NCBI GenBank assembly: GCA_964465205.1
Contig: CAYXJO010000003.1
Coordinates: forward strand, 14,693-78,692
Direction: 5' to 3'
DNA from: an uncultured Gammaproteobacteria bacterium
GTDB lineage: Bacteria; Patescibacteriota; Patescibacteriia; Magasanikbacterales; GWA2-37-8
Length of the DNA stretch: 64,000 nt
Positions 36,410-47,026 of this stretch are shown in pieces (the stretch's first letter is position 1; every line of letters begins with the position of its first letter). Made by a program: the position numbers and the translations under genes. The notes below the pieces were generated by a model. The model saw only the letters and a program-made list of their open reading frames with translations. It was not told where the DNA came from and did not search any database.

Positions 36410-37126
36410 ATGTTTTTTTCAGTCGTAATCCCGGTGTACAACGAGGAGCGACGTATACCCAGAAGCATTGATCAGATTTTTGATTTTTTTGCCGGTTTTA
36501 CTGACCACCGAATAGAAATAATTTTTGTGAACGACGGATCGTCTGATCAAACTGCCAAGGTATTACAAGATTACCAAACGAAATATAAATTCAAAGTTAT
36601 TGATTACACAGTGAATCGCGGCAAGGGTTACGCTGTAAAACAAGGGGCGTTGGCCGCTGGTGGTGATTGGATAATATTTTTTGATATTGATTTGGCTACT
36701 CCCTTGAATGAGTTCAATCATTTATTGCAGTTTATGAAATCAGACGACCGACTAATTATTGGTAGTCGTCGTTTGGGTGAATCGAAAATTGAAAAAAGTG
36801 AATCAAGTATCCGAGTGTTTTTGGGTCAGGGTTTCACCAAGTTGTCCAATATTTTGGTGCCCGGCATTACCGATTTCACTTGTGGTTTCAAATGTTTTTC
36901 TCGGCAAGCGGCGCAAACTATTTTTCCTTTGGCGCGAATTGATCGTTGGGGTTTTGACACGGAATTATTGTATATAGCCAAACTAAAGAAGTTGTCTATA
37001 CGTCAAATGCCGGTAGCTTGGGCACATGACAATGATTCACGAGTTAATGTAATTAAAGCCGTGATCAGTTCGTTTCGCGAATTGTGTCAGATGAAGTGGA
37101 ATCAAATCAAGGGTTTGTATAAATAA
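36410..37126 (+). CDS. GT2 glycosyltransferase, dolichol/polyprenol-phosphate sugar synthase (DPM1/GtrB-like)
   Basis: VVIPVYNEERRI, FVNDGSSDQT (DxD region), 238 aa soluble GT-A. Confidence 0.8.
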   Translation: MFFSVVIPVYNEERRIPRSIDQIFDFFAGFTDHRIEIIFVNDGSSDQTAKVLQDYQTKYKFKVIDYTVNRGKGYAVKQGALAAGGDWIIFFDIDLATPLNEFNHLLQFMKSDDRLIIGSRRLGESKIEKSESSIRVFLGQGFTKLSNILVPGITDFTCGFKCFSRQAAQTIFPLARIDRWGFDTELLYIAKLKKLSIRQMPVAWAHDNDSRVNVIKAVISSFRELCQMKWNQIKGLYK

Positions 37127-37132
37127 GTTTTT

Positions 37133-38650
37133 ATGGAAAGATTATCATTAAAACAAAAAATGATTTATACTGGTTTGGCGGGGTGGATGGTTGCTCTATG
37201 TTGGACTGTGGTTTGTTTCTGGACTACCCCAGCCAATAATTGTAGTATTTTTTCTCGTTTGAATTTGAGCCATCATCCAATATCGGTATTTTTTTTGCCG
37301 GTATTTTTTATTTTGTTGAGTTTTAGTTCTTATTACGCCTATGTTTTATTTGCCTCTGGTAAAACGAATGAATATAACGATAGCACGCTTGCAAAGAAAC
37401 TTGTTAACGTATTTCCGTTTTTAGTTATTGTTCTGGCTTTAATCATTCCAACGTTTAATAATTACGATTTTAGTTTTTATTTCAATTCCGGCAAGTTTAT
37501 GGCCACAAATAATCTGCATATTTATAACAGCAGTTGGCCAACTGTAAATTATTTCTTTTGTCCATTATTTGACGCCAATGTAGTATCGGGTTATATGTAT
37601 GGTCCGTTAATTGGCTTATTACTGTATGGTTTGTTCTTGACCGCCGGAGGAAAATTTTTATTTTTCTATATTATTTGGAAACTCCTGATGTTAGCTGGTT
37701 TGATTTTTTGTATTTTTTTAACAAAGCGAATCATCGAGATTGTTCACCCTGGTTATTTTACTGCAAAAAAAGATTCCTTATTATGGCTTTGGATTTCTCA
37801 GCCTCTAATTATGTGGGAATGGGTTGCTAGCGGACATTTTGAATCTGTTTGGTTGCCGTTTTTGCTCGCGGCGGTATTTTTTTCATTGCGTAGAAAGTGG
37901 TGGTTGGTATTTGTGTTTCTTACCATAGGCGCATGGTTAAAATTTTTACCGATCTTGATAGCACCATGGTTCGTTCTTTGGTGGTGGCAAGACACTAACA
38001 AAGCAAATTACAAGACAAATGTAATTCATGTGTTGATAGCGCTCGCTTGTTCGTTTTTAATAACAATCATGTCTTGGGCTCCGTTTTGGGAGGGGGTTTC
38101 AACGATCCATCCGATACAGATGCAGACGAAATGGGCAGTTAACAGTTTATTCTCTTCTACTTATTATTCAATACGACCATTATTCGATAAGATCTTTCTA
38201 ATCAACCCCCACTGGTACTTGACCAGACTGCTCCATTTTTCACTGCTTGTATTGGTGGTATATTTATTGTACCCATTAATTAAGAAAGCCTTGGCAGTTT
38301 TGATTCGTAAATCGTTTTTAAGTCCAACAGATTATATCAACGCCATTTTTATTACGTTCTTTGTTTATTTATCTGTTTGGCAAAAATCTTTTTGGCCATG
38401 GTATGTTTCGTGGCTGCTGCCTTTTGGTTTTATTTTGTTGACTGAGATTAGGTCGAAAGCATTCTTTCGTTTGTTGGTTTGGTTGAGCATATGCCCGTTA
38501 TATTTATATGTTGTTTGGATGGTGGGTGGTATTCCGTTTCCGTCAGAAAAGCTTTGGCTCCAATGGCTTTTGATGTTATTGAGTTGGCTGGTTCCATTTA
38601 TTTTTTTCTTGAAATGGAGAAAAGAGGGCTACAATCTTAATAATTTATAA
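37133..38650 (+). CDS. Polytopic membrane protein, probable GT-C fold glycosyltransferase (partner of upstream GT2)
   Basis: 505 aa, >10 TM, aromatic-rich. Immediately downstream of DPM1-like GT2. Confidence 0.45.
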   Translation: MERLSLKQKMIYTGLAGWMVALCWTVVCFWTTPANNCSIFSRLNLSHHPISVFFLPVFFILLSFSSYYAYVLFASGKTNEYNDSTLAKKLVNVFPFLVIVLALIIPTFNNYDFSFYFNSGKFMATNNLHIYNSSWPTVNYFFCPLFDANVVSGYMYGPLIGLLLYGLFLTAGGKFLFFYIIWKLLMLAGLIFCIFLTKRIIEIVHPGYFTAKKDSLLWLWISQPLIMWEWVASGHFESVWLPFLLAAVFFSLRRKWWLVFVFLTIGAWLKFLPILIAPWFVLWWWQDTNKANYKTNVIHVLIALACSFLITIMSWAPFWEGVSTIHPIQMQTKWAVNSLFSSTYYSIRPLFDKIFLINPHWYLTRLLHFSLLVLVVYLLYPLIKKALAVLIRKSFLSPTDYINAIFITFFVYLSVWQKSFWPWYVSWLLPFGFILLTEIRSKAFFRLLVWLSICPLYLYVVWMVGGIPFPSEKLWLQWLLMLLSWLVPFIFFLKWRKEGYNLNNL

Positions 38651-38655
38651 GTTTT

Positions 38656-39459
38656 ATGATAACTAGTGATGTTATCATTAATTTACGTAAGAGGTGTTTG
38701 TTTGTGATTAGACAAATTTATCGTTTGTTGATAATTTTTCCGTTTTTAATAGTTGTGCAAATAATTCACATATTGACTAATTATTTCTGTAAAAAAAATA
38801 CAACAGAGCCTTTAGTTGACAATTGTTTTGTGGTATCATCGGTGATTTTCCCCCACCCGCGCAGATTGACATATGCGTCTCGGCGCTCAGTTTTTACCCC
38901 CGATCAACGAATTGCACAAACGATTGAAACCGTACTCTCTATTAGGAAATATGCTTCAAGTGCCAAAATAATTTTAGTGGAGGGGGGTATGGTAGGGGAC
39001 TTGCCAAAAACTTTACTGTCTTTGGTTGATGAATACATCTATGTTGGCGGTAAATCGTTGGTGAGGTGGGCTTGTGATAGTTGGTTCAAGAGTTTAGGCG
39101 AGGCCATGATGCTATTGTCCGCTGCCAAACAGATTGAGAAAATCCGTGCCAAATTATATTTTAAAATTAGCGGACGTTATGTTTTGAATGAGCAATTCAA
39201 TCCATCTGATTATGTTATTGAAAAATTTAGTTTTCATTCCATTAGGTCAGATTTTTTTTCTACCAGGTTATATAGTTTTCCCGGTGAACTGTTTAGTATC
39301 TGGACAGTCGCCTTATTGAAAGGTTTGCCATATAATTTGATGGATTATCCAATTGAGCATACTTTGTACAAATTTATACCAAAAAAATTTATTAGTGCGG
39401 TAGCCACTTTGGGGATAGGTGGTTTAGACGCCACCGGAGGGTTAGGGGTGCGTGAATAA
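38656..39459 (+). CDS. Hypothetical protein (N-terminal TM), unknown function, inside glycan island
   Basis: 267-aa ORF, no recognisable motif. Confidence 0.4.
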   Translation: MITSDVIINLRKRCLFVIRQIYRLLIIFPFLIVVQIIHILTNYFCKKNTTEPLVDNCFVVSSVIFPHPRRLTYASRRSVFTPDQRIAQTIETVLSIRKYASSAKIILVEGGMVGDLPKTLLSLVDEYIYVGGKSLVRWACDSWFKSLGEAMMLLSAAKQIEKIRAKLYFKISGRYVLNEQFNPSDYVIEKFSFHSIRSDFFSTRLYSFPGELFSIWTVALLKGLPYNLMDYPIEHTLYKFIPKKFISAVATLGIGGLDATGGLGVRE

Positions 39460-39462
39460 CAT

Positions 39463-40758
39463 ATGTTTGATCATATCAAAAAAATATTATCCAAGAAGAC
39501 ATTGCATGAGTTTGGTTTTGTATATTTTGGAGCATTGATAAATGGTGTTTCTTTGTTTGCGCTTAATGCTATTTTGGCTCGTCATCTCACTACTGACTTA
39601 TTTGGTATTTTTACATTGGCAGTTTTGGTATTAAGCACCGTGGCGGAGTTGTCTGACTTTGGTCTAAATGCCGGGTTGTTGCGTTTTGTACCATTTTATT
39701 TAGCTACCGAACAGTTGGAAAAAATGAAACAATTGGTGAAAACGGTTTGGGTTTGGCGGGTTAGTTTGTCTTGGGCGCTATCGATATTTTGTCTGCTCGC
39801 ATCTTCGTTTTTGGCAAAATATGTTTTTGGGCGTGCTGTTATTGCACCATATATTGCGTTTGCTTCACTGGGAATTGGTGGAGTGATTCTATTGGGATTC
39901 GTGTCTACTTTTTTGCACGCCAAACAGGATTTTTTTCGTAGCGCCACCGCACAGACTCTCAAAGGAACACTGCGTTTAGTTATGGTCATCGCGCTGGTGT
40001 TGCTCAAAGTTGACAATCTATTTGCGTATTTGGCTGTGTATACTTTTGTGCCTTGGATTTTATTTTTTATTTATTATAAATTTTTACCAGAAAATTTTCG
40101 TAAAATCGAGATTGACATTGATTCAAAAAAACAATTACATACTCAACTGGCCCAATTTAGTACCTGGCTAACCATTTCATCGTTGTTGTCAATAGTTGCC
40201 AGCCGAGTTGATCAGGCCATGATTAGCAATTTGCTGGGCTTACAAGAAGTTGCAATATTTGTAGTTGCTTATCAATTGATACAATTTTATCCGTTAATAT
40301 ATAATTCTATCTCTTCGGTAATGATGCCCAAAGTGAGCGCGTTGCACAACAAAGTGGATTTGACCAATACTGTCTTTAAGTTGGCAAAGTGGGTATTATT
40401 GGTAGTATTATTATTGGCGATTGTAATATATCCTTCCCAATATATAATCATATTATTGTTTGGCACCAAATATGCCGCCGCAATGCCGGTATATTTAATT
40501 TTGGCTTATAGCTTGTTGCTAAATATCATATCTATTCCTTTCTCCCTTATTATTACAGTATTTAATAAAACTAATTTAGTGGCAATGTCTGGAGTTTTAC
40601 AAATTATTATTAATGTTGTTTTTAATTTCATATTGTTGCCGAGATTTGGTTTGATGGGCGCGGCCTACACCTTCGGCATAGGTTTGTTGGTCGGTCTGTT
40701 GTACAATGTTGTTTGCGCACTTTTTTTATTCAAGAAGCGCGATTTTAGGTTGGCATAA
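39463..40758 (+). CDS. Wzx-like oligosaccharide flippase (polysaccharide biosynthesis protein, MOP superfamily)
   Basis: 431 aa, ~12-14 TM, typical Polysacc_synt topology and size. Confidence 0.7.
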   Translation: MFDHIKKILSKKTLHEFGFVYFGALINGVSLFALNAILARHLTTDLFGIFTLAVLVLSTVAELSDFGLNAGLLRFVPFYLATEQLEKMKQLVKTVWVWRVSLSWALSIFCLLASSFLAKYVFGRAVIAPYIAFASLGIGGVILLGFVSTFLHAKQDFFRSATAQTLKGTLRLVMVIALVLLKVDNLFAYLAVYTFVPWILFFIYYKFLPENFRKIEIDIDSKKQLHTQLAQFSTWLTISSLLSIVASRVDQAMISNLLGLQEVAIFVVAYQLIQFYPLIYNSISSVMMPKVSALHNKVDLTNTVFKLAKWVLLVVLLLAIVIYPSQYIIILLFGTKYAAAMPVYLILAYSLLLNIISIPFSLIITVFNKTNLVAMSGVLQIIINVVFNFILLPRFGLMGAAYTFGIGLLVGLLYNVVCALFLFKKRDFRLA

Positions 40759-40764
40759 ATTTAT

Positions 40765-41424
40765 ATGAATCATAATTATCAATTGGATATCAATCCTTTT
40801 ACTACACATACCATGTTGTTGGCAGAAGTGCCGAATGATGCAAATGTTTTGGAGATCGGCACGGCTTCCGGTTATCTTGGTAGATATCTAATTAAGAATA
40901 AGAGTTGTGTGGTGAGTGGGGTGGAGCCATTTGAGGGTGCGTACAATCACGCCGTGTCTTGTGGTTATCGAAAAATTGTTAATAAAAGCGCGGAACAGAC
41001 TATCGCCAACGATGATTTTGTTGGGGAAAAGTTCGATGTTATTTTGTTGGCCGATGTGCTGGAACATTTGGTGGATCCGACACAGGTTTTACGTGATTTA
41101 AAAAAATATCTTAAGCCCGACGGTCGCATTGTTATCTCTCTTCCTAACGTGGCGTATTTTGAGGTGCGTCTTAGTTTGTTGTTTGGCAGGTGGAATATGA
41201 CCGAAGCTGGTATACTTGATAAAACGCATTTGCATTTTTTTACCATGAATACCGCCAGAGATTTGATTGTGAATTCCGGATTGGTAGTAGAAAAGTGTCG
41301 CCCACTTTCCGGTACTTTTGAACGATTTGGATATAATAAACTATTTCGAATCGGCCAAAAATTATTATTTATGTTTCCGAAACTGTTTGCTTATCAGATT
41401 TTATTAGTAGCTCGTTTGGATTAA
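40765..41424 (+). CDS. Class I SAM-dependent methyltransferase (paralog of 51476..52144)
   Basis: VLEIGTASGYLGRY motif I. LLADVLEHL. ~45% identical over full length to the 51476 gene. Confidence 0.75.
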   Translation: MNHNYQLDINPFTTHTMLLAEVPNDANVLEIGTASGYLGRYLIKNKSCVVSGVEPFEGAYNHAVSCGYRKIVNKSAEQTIANDDFVGEKFDVILLADVLEHLVDPTQVLRDLKKYLKPDGRIVISLPNVAYFEVRLSLLFGRWNMTEAGILDKTHLHFFTMNTARDLIVNSGLVVEKCRPLSGTFERFGYNKLFRIGQKLLFMFPKLFAYQILLVARLD

Positions 41425-41431
41425 TCAAAAT

Positions 41432-42223
41432 ATGCCAACTATTACTGCCCATTGTTTGGTAAAAAATGAAGAAAATTTTGTTGGTTATGCCATTAGATCG
41501 GTGGTTGATTTTGTTGATAAAATTATTGTGTTTGATACCGGATCTACAGATAAGACGGTGAGAATAGTACAAGAATTAGCCGTTGAATATCCACACAAGA
41601 TTTTATTTGAAGAAAAGGGCGAGTGTGATAAACAACGCCATACTCAATTGCGCCAAGAGATGTTGGACAGAACCACTACCGATTGGTTTATGGTTTTAGA
41701 TGGCGATGAGGTATGGACGAAGCGGGGAATGGAGGAAGTAAGCGAAGTTATTGCAAATAATAATTCAATAGAATGTTTAGTGGCCCCTTTTTATTTGTGT
41801 GTAGGGGATATTTATCATAGATATTATAAAAGAAGTAACTTTCGAATACTTAACAGAGTTGGTTCTTTTTCTCCACGAATTATTCAAAAGACACAGGATA
41901 TTCATTGGAGTGGCGCGTATGGAAATGATACGTTATTATTTGGAGACGGATCTATTATTAACAACTTGGAGAATACATTGTTTTTAAAACATAAATACTG
42001 GCACCTAACCAATTTACCCAGATCGTCCTTTGACCACACAGACTTTAGTTCTAATGGTAATCGATCTGAAAAAAGAAGGATAACACACTTTTTAATTGGC
42101 AGAAAAATTAAAGACAAAATTCCCGAGGTTTTTGGTGATGATTTTTATCATTTAGGACATATTATGTCGGTAATAAATTTTTTAAAATTATTAATATCTA
42201 AGGTGCGGTTTTTGAATGTGTAA
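41432..42223 (+). CDS. GT2-like glycosyltransferase (paralog-like to 50017..50829)
   Basis: HCLVKNEENFVGYAIRSVVDFVDKIIVFDTGSTDKT and DGDEVW (DxD). Confidence 0.6.
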   Translation: MPTITAHCLVKNEENFVGYAIRSVVDFVDKIIVFDTGSTDKTVRIVQELAVEYPHKILFEEKGECDKQRHTQLRQEMLDRTTTDWFMVLDGDEVWTKRGMEEVSEVIANNNSIECLVAPFYLCVGDIYHRYYKRSNFRILNRVGSFSPRIIQKTQDIHWSGAYGNDTLLFGDGSIINNLENTLFLKHKYWHLTNLPRSSFDHTDFSSNGNRSEKRRITHFLIGRKIKDKIPEVFGDDFYHLGHIMSVINFLKLLISKVRFLNV

Positions 42224-42237
42224 TATTGTTTGTTATA

Positions 42238-43226
42238 TGAACATTTTAGTAACCGGTGGCGCCGGGTATATTGGCTCTCACTTTGTTAATAAGTTGAAAA
42301 AAACGGAAAACGTTAATATTTTTGTACTCGATAATTTTTCACAAGGTAAAAATAATATTATAATTAGTGATAATATTAAATATTTCGATGTTGATTTATT
42401 GGATAAACAGGCTGTAAGTAGAGTATGCCAAGAAAATCGTATTGACATTGTAGCCCACTTTGCCGCCTTGGCCAGTGTGCCAGATTCAATTCTCTCACCC
42501 AATGATTATTATTATAATAATGTTGTTGGAGGATTGAATTTACTTAGTGCAATGATTGAAAATAGAATTAACAAGATAATTTTTTCATCTTCAGCATCGG
42601 TTTATGGGGAGCCAACAACAGAAGATATCAAAGAAGATCATCCAAAATTTCCAACCAATCCGTATGGTTATACAAAACTTGTATTTGAAAATATCCTCAA
42701 AGACTACTATAGGGCATATAATATAAAGTCAGTCTCCTTTAGATATTTTTGCGCTTCTGGCTGTGATGAATCTGGCCTAGTTGGTGAGTTTCATAATCCA
42801 GAAACTCACATTATTCCGTCTTTGATTAAAAATATAATGGGAGATAGTAAAGAATTCTGTGTTTACGGGGATGACTATCCTACCAAAGACGGTAGTGGTG
42901 TTCGAGATTATATTCATGTAAACGATTTGGCTGAAGCACATATATTGGCCATGGACAAGTTGTTGAACGGTCGGGATATGTGTGAGTTTTATAATTTAGG
43001 GATCAATAAGGGTTTTTCTGTTTGGGAGTTAGTTGAAACAGTTGAAAAGATCTCTGGAATCAAAATCAATTGTAAAATAAAAGGGCGCAGATCAGGCGAT
43101 CCGTCGAGATTGGTTGCGGATGCTTCTAAAGCAAGTAGAGAGTTGGGTTGGAGGCCAAAATATGTTAATATAGAAAACATAATCAAGACAGCTTATGATT
43201 TTTTTATTATTAATAAAAAAAGATGA
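42238..43226 (+). CDS. galE: UDP-glucose 4-epimerase
   Basis: ILVTGGAGYIGSH Rossmann motif. YGYTK catalytic YxxxK. DGSGVRDYIHVNDLAEAH. Confidence 0.8.
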
Positions 43227-43966
43227 AAGCTTTAATTTTGGCAGCTGGTTTAGGTACCAGATTGCGTCCCGTAACCAATACTATTCCAAAACCATTAGTA
43301 CCTATCGCCGGTAGGCCGCTGTTATGGTTTCACCTAGAATCTTTGCGCCATTACGGTATTGTTGAAGTTCTAATCAACACCCATTATTTGTCAGAAGAAA
43401 TAAACGGATTCATTTCTAGTTATAATAGCAAACAGTCAGACATGAGAGTGGTAGCTGTTTATGAAGAAAATTTATTAGGGAGTGCTGGAACATTGAAAAA
43501 AAATATAGATTTTTTTCAAAATGAAAAAAATTTTTTTGTTGTGTATGGTGATAATTTAACCAATATAAACTATGATAAATTAGCGCAAGAGCATGTCCGT
43601 AATTGTGGCGTAGCAACAATAGCCTCGTATTATGAAGCGCATCCGGAATCAAAGGGAATTGTAGTGTGCGATGGTCATAAACAGATTGTCCGTTTTATTG
43701 AAAAACCAAAAAGCGTAGAAGTTGTTAGCCACCAGGCCAATGCTGGTGTGTACGTGTTGAATGCAAAAATTTTTGATTATCTGTCTCATCTTGAATCGGG
43801 TATAATAGATTTTGGGAAAGATTTGTTTCCCTTAATTTTGCAACAAGGTGGCAAGCTGTACACCTATGAGATGGATGAATTTTTGTTGGATGTAGGCACT
43901 TTAGAGAATTATAATTTAGCGCAAGAAAAAATTCAAGAAATTAAATTTAATTTTATATATGAGTAA
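43223..43966 (+). CDS. Sugar-1-phosphate nucleotidylyltransferase (candidate D-glycero-alpha-D-manno-heptose 1-phosphate guanylyltransferase HddC)
   Basis: MKALILAAGLGTRLRPVTNTIPKPLVPIAGRPLL NTP_transferase N-terminus. Context with hddA/gmhA/gmhB. Confidence 0.65.
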   Translation: MKALILAAGLGTRLRPVTNTIPKPLVPIAGRPLLWFHLESLRHYGIVEVLINTHYLSEEINGFISSYNSKQSDMRVVAVYEENLLGSAGTLKKNIDFFQNEKNFFVVYGDNLTNINYDKLAQEHVRNCGVATIASYYEAHPESKGIVVCDGHKQIVRFIEKPKSVEVVSHQANAGVYVLNAKIFDYLSHLESGIIDFGKDLFPLILQQGGKLYTYEMDEFLLDVGTLENYNLAQEKIQEIKFNFIYE

Positions 43967-44654
43967 TTTACTTCAAGAGGCACACGAGACTCACTGGAGG
44001 GATAAGCAAGCAGACAATCATGATAATTTTTTTAGGAATTTATTGGTAAAAGAAATAATTACAAAAGCACCCAGAAATGCTAAGATTTTAGATTTGGCTT
44101 GTGGCAACGGTGATATTACGGAGTATTTGACAAAATTCGGTTTTACCAACGTTTGTTCGGTGGATTTTTCTTTAGAAGGAACGGAAATGACTAAAAGTCG
44201 AGGTGGTAAAAATGTGCTGCTTGCGGATATTTGTGAAAAATTACCATACACAGACGCAAGTTTTGATTATGTGTTTTGGCTTGATAATATTGAGCATCTG
44301 TATTCTCCGCAAAGTGCTATGGATAATATTAAGCGTATTATTAAAAAAGACGGCCAACTGGTATTGTCGTTGCCAAATATGGGGTATTGGTTTTATAGAT
44401 TGTACTATCTAAAGAACGGGATTGTTGTTGGTACAGACGGTGTATTGCCTGATGGTCATATTAATATGCCGTGGGAATTTCAGCATATACGATTTTTTAA
44501 TGAAAAGATGATTAGAAAATTTTTAAGTATTAATGGCTTTAAAAAAATCGAAATTAAGCCATATCATAATGGAAGTAAAATAAAAAATTTTATTAGCAAT
44601 ATTTACCCAAGATTATTGGCAGATGGTTTTTTGATATCTGCTAATCAAACATAA
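43959..44654 (+). CDS. Class I SAM-dependent methyltransferase
   Basis: ILDLACGNGDITEYL motif I; LDNIEHL. Confidence 0.7.
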   Translation: MSNLLQEAHETHWRDKQADNHDNFFRNLLVKEIITKAPRNAKILDLACGNGDITEYLTKFGFTNVCSVDFSLEGTEMTKSRGGKNVLLADICEKLPYTDASFDYVFWLDNIEHLYSPQSAMDNIKRIIKKDGQLVLSLPNMGYWFYRLYYLKNGIVVGTDGVLPDGHINMPWEFQHIRFFNEKMIRKFLSINGFKKIEIKPYHNGSKIKNFISNIYPRLLADGFLISANQT

Positions 44655-44673
44655 CCAGTTTTTTATAATATTT

Positions 44674-46020
44674 ATGCAATTAAAGGATACAATTAATATT
44701 CTTTCTATAACGACTGATTTGGGTATTGGCGGTACTGCCCGCCAAATAATTACTGTAGACAAGTATTTGAATAAAGATATTTTTAATCATTATATAGCGT
44801 CTGTTGGGTCTTCTGATAATGTCCGAAAAAAAGATTTGGATAGTTCGAAAGTATTTTGTGTGGAAAATATTGTTGAAATTAAAGATATAATAAGAAAATT
44901 TAATATCGACGTTGTATATTGTCACCGTCATGGTAGGAACGAAAGTATTTACGACAAGATTGCTGAGCAATTTTCTCACAGTGTTGTGTTGGTAGAATTG
45001 AATACCTTTAGTGTAAAAGATAATGGGATTTTTGGTCGCAGGATAGACAAGCAAATTTTTGTGAGCAAAACTAATGTCGTTAAATTTTGCAAACAAAATA
45101 ATCTACAGTTTGATTGCAATCGCCACAAAGTAGTTCATGCGTTAGTCGATTGTAATAATTTTTTAAATAACCAACCAACCAGTCGGGAGATATATGATTA
45201 CAAAAACAAGTTGGACTTAAATGGTTTTTTTGTGGTGGGCAGGATAGCACGTCCAGTCATGGACAAATGGGATGACAAAACAGTTATATTTTGGAAAAAA
45301 ATTTGTACAAAAAATCCTAGAGTAAAATTTGTGATTTACGGGGTGCCCGAAGAGCGCAAAAAGTATTTAATTAATTCTGGTATTCAAGATAATTTGATAA
45401 TTTGTAATCCCACCTCAAATGACAAACAGTTGTCGTTGTTTTATAGTAGTATCGATGCCTTGATTCAATTTAGTCCAATAGGTGAATGTAGCTGTGCTAC
45501 TATTGCAGAAGCAATGCTTTTTAAAAAGCCAATTATAGTTACCTCCACACCGTTTCCGCATTTTGTGGGAAAGAGAGTTCACACCAAAGATAATGGACAG
45601 ATTGAGCAAATTGAGAATGGTGTGAATGGTTATGTAGTCAAAAGCGCGACTGCAGCCGCAAGTGCTATAAATTTTTTGGCAAATAATCCAACGAAATCAC
45701 GAGAGTTTGGGTTGCGCAATAATCAGGAAGTGTTAAATAAATATGACGCGTCAATTGGTATCAAGACTCTGGAAAGTATATTTATTGAAGGCGTAAAAGC
45801 AAAGAGGGGGGTGTTGAGTCAAAAAATAGAAGACTACTTTAACAATTTAATTATTTACCCAGATAAGACAATGATTGAAAATTGGTTCAAAGAGTATTAT
45901 GATAGGTTGAGTAATGTCTATGGCCAGAATTATCATGACAATATTTTGGATTGGGGATTTTATACAAAAAATTCGTTGATAAGAAAATTTAAAACATTTT
46001 TAAAGTTTTTTAATTTATGA
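44674..46020 (+). CDS. Glycosyltransferase family 1/4 (GT-B)
   Basis: C-terminal IAEAMLFKKPIIVT...NGVNGYVV typical of Glycos_transf_1. Confidence 0.6.
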   Translation: MQLKDTINILSITTDLGIGGTARQIITVDKYLNKDIFNHYIASVGSSDNVRKKDLDSSKVFCVENIVEIKDIIRKFNIDVVYCHRHGRNESIYDKIAEQFSHSVVLVELNTFSVKDNGIFGRRIDKQIFVSKTNVVKFCKQNNLQFDCNRHKVVHALVDCNNFLNNQPTSREIYDYKNKLDLNGFFVVGRIARPVMDKWDDKTVIFWKKICTKNPRVKFVIYGVPEERKKYLINSGIQDNLIICNPTSNDKQLSLFYSSIDALIQFSPIGECSCATIAEAMLFKKPIIVTSTPFPHFVGKRVHTKDNGQIEQIENGVNGYVVKSATAAASAINFLANNPTKSREFGLRNNQEVLNKYDASIGIKTLESIFIEGVKAKRGVLSQKIEDYFNNLIIYPDKTMIENWFKEYYDRLSNVYGQNYHDNILDWGFYTKNSLIRKFKTFLKFFNL

Positions 46021-47024
46021 TTATAGTAAGGGCACCATTACGAGTTAGTTTTGTTGGTGGGGGAACTGATTTGGCGGATTTTTACACAAGATATCCCGGC
46101 CGAGTCATTTCAACCACTATTGATAAATATATTTATTTAGTGATAAATCCAGCTTATCGCATGAATGATTATATTTTAAAATATCAAATAACTGAAAAAG
46201 TTGCGAATCCGCGCGATATTGTCCACAATCGTTTCAGAGCAGCCCTATTAGAATTTGGGATGACAGAAAAGGGTGTGGAAATAGGCACTTTTGCCGATGT
46301 GCCTGCAAAAACTGGTTTGGGCTCATCTTCAAGTTTTACAGTCGCGCTCATTAAGGGCCTAAACGCATATTTTGGTCGAACAATTAGTAGTATTCAGGCT
46401 GCCGAAGAAGCTTGTAGGTTGGAGATAGAAGTGCTGCAAGAACCAATTGGAAAGCAAGATCAGTATGCGGCAGCATTTGGTGGTTTTAATATTTTTCAGT
46501 TCAATTCTGATGGCACTGTGGACAGAGAACCGGTTTTAGTAGATTATAGGGTGAAAGCTAATTTTGAGGACCACTTACTACTTTTTTTTACCGGCATAAC
46601 CAGAAATGCATCTGATGTTTTAACTGATCAGAGGTCAAAAATTGAAAAAAATTTTAATACATATAAACAAATGTCCGACTCGGTTTATGAATTTAGGGAT
46701 AAATTATTGTCAGGTGATATTCGTGGGCTGGCCGACATGTTACATGAAGCCTGGCTTAGAAAAAAAAGTTTAAGTAATAACATATCAAATTCGTCGATTG
46801 ATTTGCTTTATGAGTCAGGTATAAAAGCGGGGGCATGGGGTGGAAAAATTCTTGGTGCTGGCGGAGGAGGGTGTGTTTTATTTATTGCTCCACCAGAGAA
46901 GCACGGTATAATTAGAGATGAAATAAAAAAAGTTGCCCAAGCCAATCAATTGAATGATTCTAAAATGATCCCAATATCATTTACTCAGTCTGGAGCAAAT
47001 ATAATTTTTAACTCTAGCCGTTAA
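46017..47024 (+). CDS. hddA: D-glycero-alpha-D-manno-heptose 7-phosphate kinase (GHMP kinase)
   Basis: MIIVRAPLRVSFVGGGTDLADFY N-terminus and GLGSSSSFTVALIKG GHMP ATP motif. Adjacent gmhA/gmhB. Confidence 0.8.
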   Translation: MIIVRAPLRVSFVGGGTDLADFYTRYPGRVISTTIDKYIYLVINPAYRMNDYILKYQITEKVANPRDIVHNRFRAALLEFGMTEKGVEIGTFADVPAKTGLGSSSSFTVALIKGLNAYFGRTISSIQAAEEACRLEIEVLQEPIGKQDQYAAAFGGFNIFQFNSDGTVDREPVLVDYRVKANFEDHLLLFFTGITRNASDVLTDQRSKIEKNFNTYKQMSDSVYEFRDKLLSGDIRGLADMLHEAWLRKKSLSNNISNSSIDLLYESGIKAGAWGGKILGAGGGGCVLFIAPPEKHGIIRDEIKKVAQANQLNDSKMIPISFTQSGANIIFNSSR

Positions 47025-47026
47025 TT

